A stretch of 64,000 nt of DNA from Candidatus Poribacteria bacterium (GTDB lineage Bacteria; Poribacteria; WGA-4E; WGA-3G), in the NCBI GenBank assembly GCA_963663765.2, contig CAXXUA010000005.1, forward strand, positions 1,184,001 to 1,248,000. The letters are read 5' to 3'. The notes under the pieces are model-generated. The model worked only from the letters and a program-made list of their open reading frames with translations, did not search any database and was not told the DNA's origin. Made by a program: the position numbers and the translations under genes. Positions 29,912-39,731 of the stretch are shown here, in pieces (within the stretch, counting starts at the first letter, position 1; each line of letters opens with the position of its first letter).

Positions 29912-30208
29912 ATGGCAAGCATAGAAAACCCACCTGAACTTACGGTTGATCATCTACTATAAAATGTCAAAAAGTTATAACCCAGTGAAATTAGATGAAT
30001 TCACATAAAAATTAACAGCGTGACAGGAACGAATAGACATATCTATAGACGAGGAACTTGATCCTAATGCCTCAGATTGGGTTAAAAGCGGAGAATGATG
30101 TCCTCTTAACGAGTTACGCAAACGCAAAGCATGTGTGTTGGAAAGCGCACAAAAGAATTTGTAACTCCAATGAATACTCTCGCAACTTTGACTAACGGAT
30201 TGATTTAA
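29912..30208 (+). pseudogene. Possible decayed small ORF
   Basis: GGAGA RBS, then ATG MASIENPPELTVDHLL followed by stops and frameshifts in otherwise coding-like sequence. Confidence 0.35.
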
Positions 30209-30224
30209 CCAACAACGATTAACA

Positions 30225-30998
30225 ATGAACACTAAGCTTTTTGCACACCGCGGCGGTATGGCGCGCGCCCCCGAAAATACACTCGCCTCCTTTAAACAAG
30301 CACTCGCAGACGGTGCTGATGGATTTGAATGTGATGTCTGCCTTACGCAAGATAAGCAACCTGTGTTGATCCACGTTGGTTTCAACCGAACCGATATTCG
30401 CAAAGCTACTGGATGTCAAACACCTCTCAATCAACTAAAATGGGTAGATGTCCAGCAAATAAAAATGGTAAACTCAGACCAACCTATAGCACACCTTGAT
30501 GACGCACTCAGATTTGCAAAAGAAAACCAATTCCACTGTTTTATTGAACCAAAGACCGACGCCCCCGAAATTCTTCCAATTATCATAGAAAGGCTACATC
30601 ACTTTGATATCGTTCACCTCGTTAATATACTCACCTTTTACCTGCACAAACAATTACTTGTTGATGCCAAAAAATTAGAGCCAAGACTCCACACGAGTGC
30701 AATCTTGATTAACCCATTGACAAACTACCTTAAGGCTGCGAAAAATATCAATGCAAATCGTATCATTCTCGGTTGGAACAAAATTAATCATTTTGGGATC
30801 TACAATTCATTAACGCGTTCCGTTCCACGACAAGTGAAGGAACTTCGTGAAAATAATATCGTTGTTGAAGCAGGATTTATTATGACTGACCAAGATGTGA
30901 ACTGGGCAATAAAAAACGGTATTGAAGGGTTGTGGGTAGATGATGTACCTCACATCAGAAACTATGTTAAACAGATTAAAAAGAAAACCGGAACATAG
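30225..30998 (+). CDS. Glycerophosphodiester phosphodiesterase family protein
   Basis: AHRG, PENT, GFECDV, LIH and IEPK motifs. Confidence 0.9.
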   Translation: MNTKLFAHRGGMARAPENTLASFKQALADGADGFECDVCLTQDKQPVLIHVGFNRTDIRKATGCQTPLNQLKWVDVQQIKMVNSDQPIAHLDDALRFAKENQFHCFIEPKTDAPEILPIIIERLHHFDIVHLVNILTFYLHKQLLVDAKKLEPRLHTSAILINPLTNYLKAAKNINANRIILGWNKINHFGIYNSLTRSVPRQVKELRENNIVVEAGFIMTDQDVNWAIKNGIEGLWVDDVPHIRNYVKQIKKKTGT

Positions 30999-31006
30999 TA
31001 CATAAA

Positions 31007-32299
31007 ATGAATGTCACTGTCTGTAACCCTTTACTCAGAACTCCCCTCTCCCTTATTGTTGACGATTCGTGTCCTGTAATCAATCTCACTTATTATTGGA
31101 TACAGCAAAGGCACGCATGGAAAGCACGACACCAACCGAACACCCCTCCGGATCGTTGGGAAGGTGATGCAGCACAACACAAAAATATGCCACAAACAAT
31201 TCCCGCAGATTTCGCATGGGAGTGGGCAGAATGGTGTTGGGAAAACGGAGTCAAAGGAAAATTTAGCCTTATTCCATATCCCGCTGGAATGGGACGCGTT
31301 GATGAAGGATTCCCAGATTTCCCAAAATACGAATATCAGTCGTGGCTGCGAATATATCGAGAAATTATCTGGCCAAACTTCGATTTAACGCCTGAGATGT
31401 TGACACATACCGCTATTGTTGATCTGAAAACACTCACACTAACTGAGGAATGGGAACAAGTTGAATGGGTCAACCCTCCTATAGATAATAGATTAACAGA
31501 CTATATCATCACCGCTATGGAGATGCTCAATAATGTAGGCATTCCGTGTGAAGGCGTAACAAGTCCGGGAGCATTCGGTAAACGACAAGAAGCAGCGTAT
31601 GCAAAAGCTGTGTTAACAGCATCTCAGGAGGTTAATAACGATCCGCGCCCCTTCTATTTCCTATGGCTGAAACGTGATGAACTCCCAGATGTACCTATCT
31701 GGTACGCTGAAAAGGAAAAAGGAATCGCTATCGCAAGTATCGTTTCATGTGCTGGAGATTGGTTTGGTGGATGGACTGGTTACGATTTGGGTAATGCGGA
31801 TCGGTTCATCACGGAAGATTTACAACATGGACGATTGCCAACAATTCTTAAACAGGAACTGCCATGTGTAATTGTTGGACATTGGCCCGGTTTTTATTTT
31901 AACGGAGAAAAATATGGATTTGATGTCCTGAAAACCGTCAAAGCAAGATTAGATGATTACGACCCCGATGGAACAAAAACACTTTGGATGAAAACTTCAG
32001 AAATTGGACGCTATTGGATGGCACGCGAACTTACTGATATTACACTCATAAAAGAAAAACAACAGATTAACCTCTCCACACAATTCCCAACCGCAGACTT
32101 CACATTATCCATTGATGCACCTATACAGAATATACAAGGCAACGGTTGCCAACTCCGCGAAGTATATTCGCGCCGCGATTTTCAGAAAAATACCTTTATC
32201 TGTGAAGGTAAACATACATTCGTTGCTATTGATCTGGAAACCGGAAAAACAGAATTATCCCTAACGCTAAAGGATGTATCCGACACTCCGCACTTCTGA
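31007..32299 (+). CDS. Hypothetical protein, possibly deacetylase/GH57-like barrel
   Basis: 430-aa ORF with LIVDD, EMLTH, GVTSPG and VGHW; fold is inferred. Confidence 0.65.
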   Translation: MNVTVCNPLLRTPLSLIVDDSCPVINLTYYWIQQRHAWKARHQPNTPPDRWEGDAAQHKNMPQTIPADFAWEWAEWCWENGVKGKFSLIPYPAGMGRVDEGFPDFPKYEYQSWLRIYREIIWPNFDLTPEMLTHTAIVDLKTLTLTEEWEQVEWVNPPIDNRLTDYIITAMEMLNNVGIPCEGVTSPGAFGKRQEAAYAKAVLTASQEVNNDPRPFYFLWLKRDELPDVPIWYAEKEKGIAIASIVSCAGDWFGGWTGYDLGNADRFITEDLQHGRLPTILKQELPCVIVGHWPGFYFNGEKYGFDVLKTVKARLDDYDPDGTKTLWMKTSEIGRYWMARELTDITLIKEKQQINLSTQFPTADFTLSIDAPIQNIQGNGCQLREVYSRRDFQKNTFICEGKHTFVAIDLETGKTELSLTLKDVSDTPHF

Positions 32300-32502
32300 T
32301 TTGCGTTTTTCGATAATAATTTGATAAACCCGCGTGGAGACTATATTTAGCAAACAATTTCAATTTAAAATGATAAAATAACAAGTTCGGTTTTGTCTCA
32401 AAATATAGAACTCAAAATCACCATTATTTTGTGCGAATCCTTGTGTGATACGGGTTTATCCCAATATTATAAAAATGTATTAAAACAAGTGCGGAGTGTA
32501 GG
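32280..32502. mobile_element. 223-bp MITE inserted at the stop codon of the upstream gene
   Basis: CCGACACTCCGCACTT / AAGTGCGGAGTGTAGG (15/16); 6-bp duplication ATGTAT. Confidence 0.82.
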
Positions 32503-33066
32503 ATGTATAAAAACTGAGAACCAAATTATACTATGTTCTCAGTATATAAATTCATGTTGACATGCAACTGAAAATAAAGTAATATATAGACGTATATATT
32601 TTATCAACATAATTCTATACAACTTTATTATTTACGTTTTCACTGATCTGTCTCAACAGTCAATGCTATCTGAAACTATTCTCATCTACTACCGAAAAAC
32701 AACCATTTTACACTATTTTGTCTGTTATCTCATAGATTCTTGCACTGACACAACTAATTTTAAATATATAATACATAAATATATAATAATTATTTACTTT
32801 TTTATTGACTTATTATTTATTATATGGCATAATATCTAATACTGTGCTGAAAATTCTCTTTATTATGGTGAAGTTTGAAAATATTTAGACGTATTCACAC
32901 TAAGCGCTGAGATAGATGAAATACTAAACCACTCAAAACTTCAGTAATTGCCACATTCTGTTACCATCAGTTTACGTGTTCTATACGGACTCTTAAATAA
33001 AATTCGCACTTCAATCAATTGAGTTTTTAAAAGTTCATAATATCAACAAAATATTTTTCTTATCTT

Positions 33067-36000
33067 ATGAAACGTCTAAAAAAACTTATAGCACGATGCC
33101 ATGAAAGGCATATAAATCAACTTCAACAACGAAAAACATCAGTAGCACCTGCCGTATACAATATAGGTATCCCTTACGAATATACTGTTCACTACTCACA
33201 TGGACGTTCTGTTAAACTCCAAGAACTTGAAGAAGCGAACATCTCCTTCTCACCAATTGGACGTGCCCATGAAAACAACCCAGACCTAAGATCGTATACC
33301 GGCAAACGAGATAATCAACTTTCAAAAACACAAACAATAGGAAGTTGGGAACCGCACCGATGGCGAAAATCATGGGGAATTCAGGTGTACACTGGCATCC
33401 CCTCTGAACGCTACGGCACACAATGGCACGATGTCAATATCAGATATGAGGCTATTTGTGATGCGCCAGATACTGTCTTCACATGTATTGAAGCACTAAC
33501 AAATGCTGTCGTGAACCCACTATTGACAATAACAAAATCTGGTAGTATACGACTTTCATTCAGAGTCCCGGATTACTTACATCCACATGAGGAAAAAGAA
33601 AGACTATATATCTATAGACATACACCTACAACAGATGATCCAGACCAAAACACCTTATACGTTGAAATTTTAGGTGAGAAAGGATATAGTCGTTGGGATG
33701 CGCGTTATGAAATCTTACTTGGAGATCTATTAGACCCACCCATTATTTCAAAAGACCTTCTCTTTGCTCCTATTGATATACTACGCGATCTACTCCATGA
33801 ACCATCCAAAGAAAAACAAGGAGCATCCAAACCAAATAAGATCAATGTTAAAGGGGTATATAATCAACCACCACTTACTCTTGGTTCACGTAGACTTGAT
33901 CTCGCCAAAGAAGCGTTTTTAAAACGTGGTTATACCTACATTCAACAAAATAATGATTTTCACCACTGGACACTGCATGACACAATTGATCGCAACAAAC
34001 ATATCACGCTATGGGATCGTAACGGGACTGTGTGGGTCCGCGCTGCTGCTCCCGGTTTTGGATTGCCAATTGAAACAACACCCATAACAGACATCTGGAA
34101 AGATACAGGTATCCTGCCACAAATTCCAACGGCTGTAATGCCATCATCCCATAATGTTCTTGCTGTTCGACAAGGTGAAATCAGTCCATTGGCGATAAAA
34201 CGTCCTATTCCTATACTCTCTAAGGAAGATCACACTGAAAATAAAATCCCAGACCTTATTCAAAACACTACCGAATTACAGGATCTCTATAATAGCGAAG
34301 CACGTATTCTTGGATTGAAAACGGATGTGGACACAGTAGAAAATAGTCATATAGAATCTTATCTGCCAAAGGATTGCGCAATATGTCTCAACGCACAAAC
34401 ACCTAAACGCGCAAAAAAAATAGAACAAGATTTAAAGGAACAAAACGTCCCATCATATACGCAATGGAAACCACGAAAATATCTGTGGGAACAAGTAAAA
34501 GAGATACCCATCAACGATAGAATCGCAGAACCTTTCAAACACGGAAATGTTTGTATTGACGCAGAACGGTGCGATGCATTGATAGAAAAAGGAGGAGAAC
34601 CGAATGAAACTATCTGCCCGCAATGCCCCGTTCATAAAGAGTGCAAACAACACGGATACTTGTCCCAAATTACCACATTACAAAACTCAAACATTCAGGT
34701 TTTAGCGTTTCCCTATCTGTTTTTCAGTCCACAATATAATACACTTGCAGAAGAAATTCTTAAACCGATCCACAATACTCACCGATTTTGTATTGTAGAT
34801 GCAACAAAACACCCCAATTTGTTTCTTAAGCATAGACTTGCAATTGAGATGTTGAAAGAATGGAGTGAAGATTGGAAAGACGAACCGTTAGGCAACTTTT
34901 CAAGTTTACTACTAATTGCTTTACAAGTTAAAGGTAGGTTTGATGACGAATCTGTCGGTAGAATCCGCTCAGTGCTCCAAGCATTTCAACCACAAGAAGA
35001 AGTTATTTGTAAACAAATGTGTCAAGTAAATATACCCTGCAAAGTTGTTGAACGTGGTTATGTTGATCCTGACACTGGCAAAGAACTGTCTCAATTTACG
35101 ATAGTTTTTGACACAGGACATGATGCATACATTCCTATAGATGACAGGGCAGAAAATACTCTTAAGGCACTGAATCTCCCTTTTTTACAGCTGCAATCTT
35201 TTGAAGTTAACAAAAAAATAAAAGTACCTATGCAGATGGCACAAGCAATCCAGTTAGGTGCTTTGAATATAGAAACCGTTGAGAAAATTAAGAACTTCCC
35301 AACAGTTTGCTCAAATCCAAGTTGGACAGTTTGGCATCAACTCAAAAGTTTCTATAGATATTTCAAGCAAGATGAAGATGCACGAGTAATGTGGGATAAA
35401 AAGGTGTTTGAGTACCAAATTCCCCCTGTGCTGCACCCAAATATCAAACGCCTATTAGTAATATCAAAAAATTTGTCAGAACAGTATCTCAGTAGGATTT
35501 TCCCCGGTGAGGTCGTTGAGGTAAAACACCTTGATCAAACTCAGTGGACTCAAGGTAACAAGTTTTTCCAGATTCGGACAGGTATTTATCCTCAAGAAAC
35601 AATTTTAGATTACAACGAAAATTGGGATGTAATCGGGTTTAGTGAAACAGGCAACAGATTTTTTACCGGTGTTTTGAAAGAAATTGAAAAAGACCCAACC
35701 ATATCACATGCAATCATCACATATTCAGCAGCAATCAAACAACTAACAGAAATCATAAATAGAGAAAATGTCTATTTCCTACAGCATCCTATAGATAACA
35801 CTAAATACAACAACATTCTTGAAAAAACACAAGTCACATGGATCATCGGTGCACCTGAAATACCACAAGGACGTATATGGCGAACAGCACAAACCCAGTT
35901 CGGAAGTGACGAGATCGCTCTTAAATATGAGAAAGATACGGAGACCGGTCTCTATATTGACGAAAGGATGCAGCATATTTATGAACAGAATATTACTGAA

Positions 36001-36495
36001 GTGCTCAGACAAACTTTGGCTAATTTGCAGTTGGACAGATTAACAGGAAAAACGGTGATACTGTTAAGTGGTTTGGCTGTACCAAGTATCACCTATAATG
36101 CAGAAACACTCCTTTTTGACTGGGAGGATTTTGAAGTGGCAGATGGTCTTAATAAACTACCGGAAGTGATCGCGACCCGACAACAATTTGAAAAAGATCG
36201 ATATAACCTGACAGCAAAATCCAGCAGACAAGAGGTGGAAAGAGTCTTAGGTTGTTCGCCAAGACAAGCAAACCGTGTATTACAAAAGTTTCGTGGAGGT
36301 GCACGTTTACGTGTGCCTTTCCGTGATCAAATCCTATCTCTCCTTACAGATGGTAATAAAAAGACCTCCGAACTCGTTTATGCTATTGAAGGCAACCCAG
36401 AAGCAGTTAAGAATGAACTAAAACGCCTCATAGATAGAGGCGAAATCGTTCGTGTTCAACGTGGATTGTATGCTTCCACAAAAGATAGCACTTAA
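33067..36495 (+). CDS. Large hypothetical protein, paralog of 11643-15041
   Basis: 1142-aa ORF sharing WGIQVYTG, EILGEKGY..WDARYEI, the Cys cluster, LFDWED.EVA, GCSPRQANR and the C-terminal winged helix. Confidence 0.75.
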   Translation: MKRLKKLIARCHERHINQLQQRKTSVAPAVYNIGIPYEYTVHYSHGRSVKLQELEEANISFSPIGRAHENNPDLRSYTGKRDNQLSKTQTIGSWEPHRWRKSWGIQVYTGIPSERYGTQWHDVNIRYEAICDAPDTVFTCIEALTNAVVNPLLTITKSGSIRLSFRVPDYLHPHEEKERLYIYRHTPTTDDPDQNTLYVEILGEKGYSRWDARYEILLGDLLDPPIISKDLLFAPIDILRDLLHEPSKEKQGASKPNKINVKGVYNQPPLTLGSRRLDLAKEAFLKRGYTYIQQNNDFHHWTLHDTIDRNKHITLWDRNGTVWVRAAAPGFGLPIETTPITDIWKDTGILPQIPTAVMPSSHNVLAVRQGEISPLAIKRPIPILSKEDHTENKIPDLIQNTTELQDLYNSEARILGLKTDVDTVENSHIESYLPKDCAICLNAQTPKRAKKIEQDLKEQNVPSYTQWKPRKYLWEQVKEIPINDRIAEPFKHGNVCIDAERCDALIEKGGEPNETICPQCPVHKECKQHGYLSQITTLQNSNIQVLAFPYLFFSPQYNTLAEEILKPIHNTHRFCIVDATKHPNLFLKHRLAIEMLKEWSEDWKDEPLGNFSSLLLIALQVKGRFDDESVGRIRSVLQAFQPQEEVICKQMCQVNIPCKVVERGYVDPDTGKELSQFTIVFDTGHDAYIPIDDRAENTLKALNLPFLQLQSFEVNKKIKVPMQMAQAIQLGALNIETVEKIKNFPTVCSNPSWTVWHQLKSFYRYFKQDEDARVMWDKKVFEYQIPPVLHPNIKRLLVISKNLSEQYLSRIFPGEVVEVKHLDQTQWTQGNKFFQIRTGIYPQETILDYNENWDVIGFSETGNRFFTGVLKEIEKDPTISHAIITYSAAIKQLTEIINRENVYFLQHPIDNTKYNNILEKTQVTWIIGAPEIPQGRIWRTAQTQFGSDEIALKYEKDTETGLYIDERMQHIYEQNITEVLRQTLANLQLDRLTGKTVILLSGLAVPSITYNAETLLFDWEDFEVADGLNKLPEVIATRQQFEKDRYNLTAKSSRQEVERVLGCSPRQANRVLQKFRGGARLRVPFRDQILSLLTDGNKKTSELVYAIEGNPEAVKNELKRLIDRGEIVRVQRGLYASTKDST

Positions 36496-36589
36496 CTGAT
36501 TTTCGGGATTGCAGAGTTTTCTAATAACATCGTGAGTTGATAATAAGTATATGAACTTCATTTTGCTAGAGATAATATACTAATTGCCC

Positions 36590-36662
36590 CGGTAGGTTCG
36601 GTTTCTAACCAATGCAGAATACGCGTATGGTATTCTGCATTGGTTAGAAACCGAACCTACCG
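36590..36662. repeat. Perfect 33-bp-arm inverted repeat (REP-like)
   Basis: CGGTAGGTTCGGTTTCTAACCAATGCAGAATAC-N7-reverse complement. Confidence 0.85.
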
Positions 36663-37200
36663 TCGTGTACAAGTAATTATAGATTTCACTATAATAAATT
36701 ATTCTTCATACGGCATTCCCCGGGATTATTAGATTATCAAGATTTTTCTCATCAAATCCTATTCCAAAAAAGAGCACAAACGCATATAAAAAACCCTTGA
36801 TGAGGTAAATCCTGAAAAACTGGTAATCTTGAAAATCCTGGTTCAGACAATAAACAAGAATACCACAAAAATCCCTATATATATCAACAATCTTAACTCA
36901 TAATTAACTACCATAACCATAGACTCTTAAAACTGAATAACCCTGCTAAACGCGCATTTGGCTTTGATTCACTCCCCACGAAAAACACTAACACTTTTTT
37001 CTTTAATTGACGCCTGTGGTGCGGTTTCCTAACCAATGTAGAATACCACACACACAGGGAATGCCTAAATGGCATTCATACTGTTTTTTTTGGTGCTTTG
37101 TAAGCGCGCTGGTATGTCAAAACCCAATGGATATCTATTGGAATTCCCAATAAACAGACACCCAAAAAACTACAAACCCAATCAAAAATCACATATAATA

Positions 37201-37335
37201 CAGGACTTACGCAGTTTTCATGATTTGATGAAAAATTATGACGAAAATGGTGTAATTTTCAGCATTTTTTCGGTTTCCAGCGCGCTTACAAAGCGCGCTT
37301 ACAAAGCGCGCCTACCGTTGGGTGCGTAAGTCCTG
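37201..37335. mobile_element. MITE with CAGGACTTACGCA TIRs
   Basis: 13-bp perfect TIR with TAATA on both flanks; the body is the reverse complement of the 53811-54022 copy; solo ends at 9123, 11514 and 37485. Confidence 0.85.
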
Positions 37336-37341
37336 TAATAT

Positions 37342-37483
37342 CATAAGCGTCAATTTAAGGATTTTCACGTATTGTGGGAGGGGTTTTCAACCCCGAATTT
37401 ATGCGCTTTTCCTCTCAAATCGAGGTTGAAAAACCCTCCCACAAGAAAAATGACAACAATATTTTCTTAAATTGACGCCTATG
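37342..37483. mobile_element. MITE with CATA.GCGTCAATTTAAG TIRs carrying a paired REP
   Basis: CATAAGCGTCAATTTAAG / CTTAAATTGACGCCTATG around TTGTGGGAGGGGTTTTCAACC...GGTTGAAAACCCTCCCACAA. Confidence 0.75.
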
Positions 37484-37779
37484 GTGCGTAAGTCCTGTAA
37501 TATATACAAATCAATAGCAAACAATAAAAACACTTGGAAAAACCAACACCCAAACACAAATAAAAAACCGTACCAATAACTGAAATTAATTTTGCCAAAA
37601 AACACAACAAAAACCCCAATAAAGCCTTATATATATACTGGACACATTACATGTTTACAAAACCGTACCACAAACCGAAAAAATCGTACCGTACGGTACG
37701 ATTTTAATAGTAAAATCCATAATTACTTGGACACGACGGTAAGTTCGGTTTCCTAACCGAACCTGTATAAAATCGTGTG

Positions 37780-37863
37780 TTTAGGAAACCGAACCTACCA
37801 CACTTGGGTATTTACTTTCAGTCATATCAATTAATGGATAATTCTTAAAACTGAAAAACCCTG
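37780..37863 (-). mobile_element. Inverted left end of the CAGGG-ended element
   Basis: Aligns to the reverse complement of 9379-9460, ending CTTAAAACTGAAAAACCCTG; another solo end finishes at 36945. Confidence 0.65.
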
Positions 37864-37949
37864 AAAAAAAATACAAAAATTCTGGACAAACAACCCATAG
37901 CATGCTATGTTAAACATCATATATCTCATACATATAACCGAGAGGAGAA

Positions 37950-39506
37950 ATGATGGCTAACGAAAACTTCACATCAAAGGTACCGCACTATACCTTCGCG
38001 GAAACGTTGGAAGAACAGGAAGAACAACTAAAGACAAACCCTCTAATGGAGCGACTCATCGCATATCGGAAGACTTACGAAGGCGATCCACATCGGCCCA
38101 TATACCACTATATCAACCCAGAAGCCATGCTAAACGACCCAAACGGACTCTGTTTTTGGCAAGGACGATGGCATCTTTTCTATCAAGCATATCCACCAGA
38201 AGATACACGACAGCACTGGGGACACGCTGTTAGCGATGACCTTATCCACTGGCGCGACCTGCCCTATGCAATATACCCTAACCCAGAACGATGCTGTTTC
38301 TCAGGCTCAACTCTCGCTGAAGAAGACCGCGTCATTGCTATGTATCACGGCACTGTTGTCGGCAACATGGTTGCAGTCTCAAGCGACCCACTCCTTCTGA
38401 ACTGGGAAAAAGTTACAGGTAAAGCAGTAATTCCATCAAGACACGCCGACGGTACGAATCCTGTCTATCGTGTTTTTGACCCGTGTATTTGGAAGAAAGA
38501 TGACATGTATTATTCGCTATCTGGTGGCACTTTACCACACGGTCCAGGTGGGAAACCCGTTCGCGCTAACTTCTTGCTCCGCTCTGCAGACTTGGCAAAC
38601 TGGGTCTACCTACACCCCTTTGTTGAGGATGACCAATACACACTCGTCGGAGATGACGGAGCATGTCCATACTTTTGGCCCATCGGTGACAGACACATGC
38701 TACTCTTTTTCAGCCACATGAGCGGCGGACAATACCTACTCGGTGATTACGACAAAGCACGCGACAAGTTCGTTGTGACCGCAGGTGCAAAGAATAACTT
38801 CGGTGCAGCAGCCCCCGCAGGAGTCCACGCGCCTTCTGCAACACCTGATGGAGAAGGCGGACTCATCGTTATATACAACATGAACCCAGCAAAACCAACG
38901 AAAGGCTGGAATCAGATTATGACCTTACCGCGCCGTCTCACGCTTGTCTCAAGAGATGAAATCGGTGTAGAACCCGCAGGTGATATTGAATCGTTGAGAT
39001 ATGACCATCAACATGTCAATGCAATGACCCTCCCCGCAAACGAAGAAATTGTATTTGACAACATAAAGGGTAACGCAATGGAACTTGAGCTTGAAGTTGA
39101 TGTCAAAGGTGCGCCTATGTTTGAAATGAACGTATTTCGTTCTCCGAATAAGGAAGAGTTCACACGTATCGCCTTCTTTAGGGAACGTGGTTTACGTAAC
39201 CTCACAGGAAGGAATGTGCGCGATAGCCTACTCACGATTGATTCGTCCTATTCATCTGTCGCACCCGATGTGCGTTCACGAGCACCCGAAACGGGAGCTG
39301 TTCCAATTATGGGAGACGAAACCCTGAAATTGCGAGTGTTCGTGGACAAAAGTGTCGTTGAAGTCTTTGCAAATGGACGGCAATGTGTCGCAATGCGTGT
39401 CTATCCCGACAGAGAAGATAGCGTTGGCGTATCATTGCGGTCTCAAGGACAAGAAAGCCAACTCATAACGTTAGATGCGTGGCAGATGCAAAACATCTAT
39501 ACATAA
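37950..39506 (+). CDS. Glycoside hydrolase family 32 protein
   Basis: NDPNG, WHLFYQ, WGHAVS, FSGS and FDP motifs; C-terminal DKSVVEVF beta-sandwich. Confidence 0.92.
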   Translation: MMANENFTSKVPHYTFAETLEEQEEQLKTNPLMERLIAYRKTYEGDPHRPIYHYINPEAMLNDPNGLCFWQGRWHLFYQAYPPEDTRQHWGHAVSDDLIHWRDLPYAIYPNPERCCFSGSTLAEEDRVIAMYHGTVVGNMVAVSSDPLLLNWEKVTGKAVIPSRHADGTNPVYRVFDPCIWKKDDMYYSLSGGTLPHGPGGKPVRANFLLRSADLANWVYLHPFVEDDQYTLVGDDGACPYFWPIGDRHMLLFFSHMSGGQYLLGDYDKARDKFVVTAGAKNNFGAAAPAGVHAPSATPDGEGGLIVIYNMNPAKPTKGWNQIMTLPRRLTLVSRDEIGVEPAGDIESLRYDHQHVNAMTLPANEEIVFDNIKGNAMELELEVDVKGAPMFEMNVFRSPNKEEFTRIAFFRERGLRNLTGRNVRDSLLTIDSSYSSVAPDVRSRAPETGAVPIMGDETLKLRVFVDKSVVEVFANGRQCVAMRVYPDREDSVGVSLRSQGQESQLITLDAWQMQNIYT

Positions 39507-39537
39507 TATGTCTATTGTAGGAGGGGTTTTCAACTCT

Positions 39538-39676
39538 ATAGGTGTAAACTAAAAAAATAATGTTGTCCTTTCTCTTGTGGGAGGAGTTTTCAACCCCGAT
39601 TGTCCGCTATTCCCATTGTGAATTCGGGGTTGAAAACCCCTCCCACAAGAAGGTTTGTCCTTAAGTTCACACCTAT
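39538..39676. mobile_element. MITE related to 37342-37483, carrying a paired REP
   Basis: ATAGGTGTAAACT / AGTTCACACCTAT around TCTTGTGGGAGGAGTTTTCAACCCCGA...TCGGGGTTGAAAACCCCTCCCACAAGA; additional REP halves on both flanks. Confidence 0.7.
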
Positions 39677-39731
39677 GTGGGAGGAGTTTTCAACCCCGAT
39701 GGTTTACGGATTATTATCAAAGGAGAAAAAA

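Noticed and set aside
39600-39731. N-terminal extension of the dehydrogenase
   Set aside because: It is translated REP/MITE sequence; a strong RBS precedes ATG 39732.
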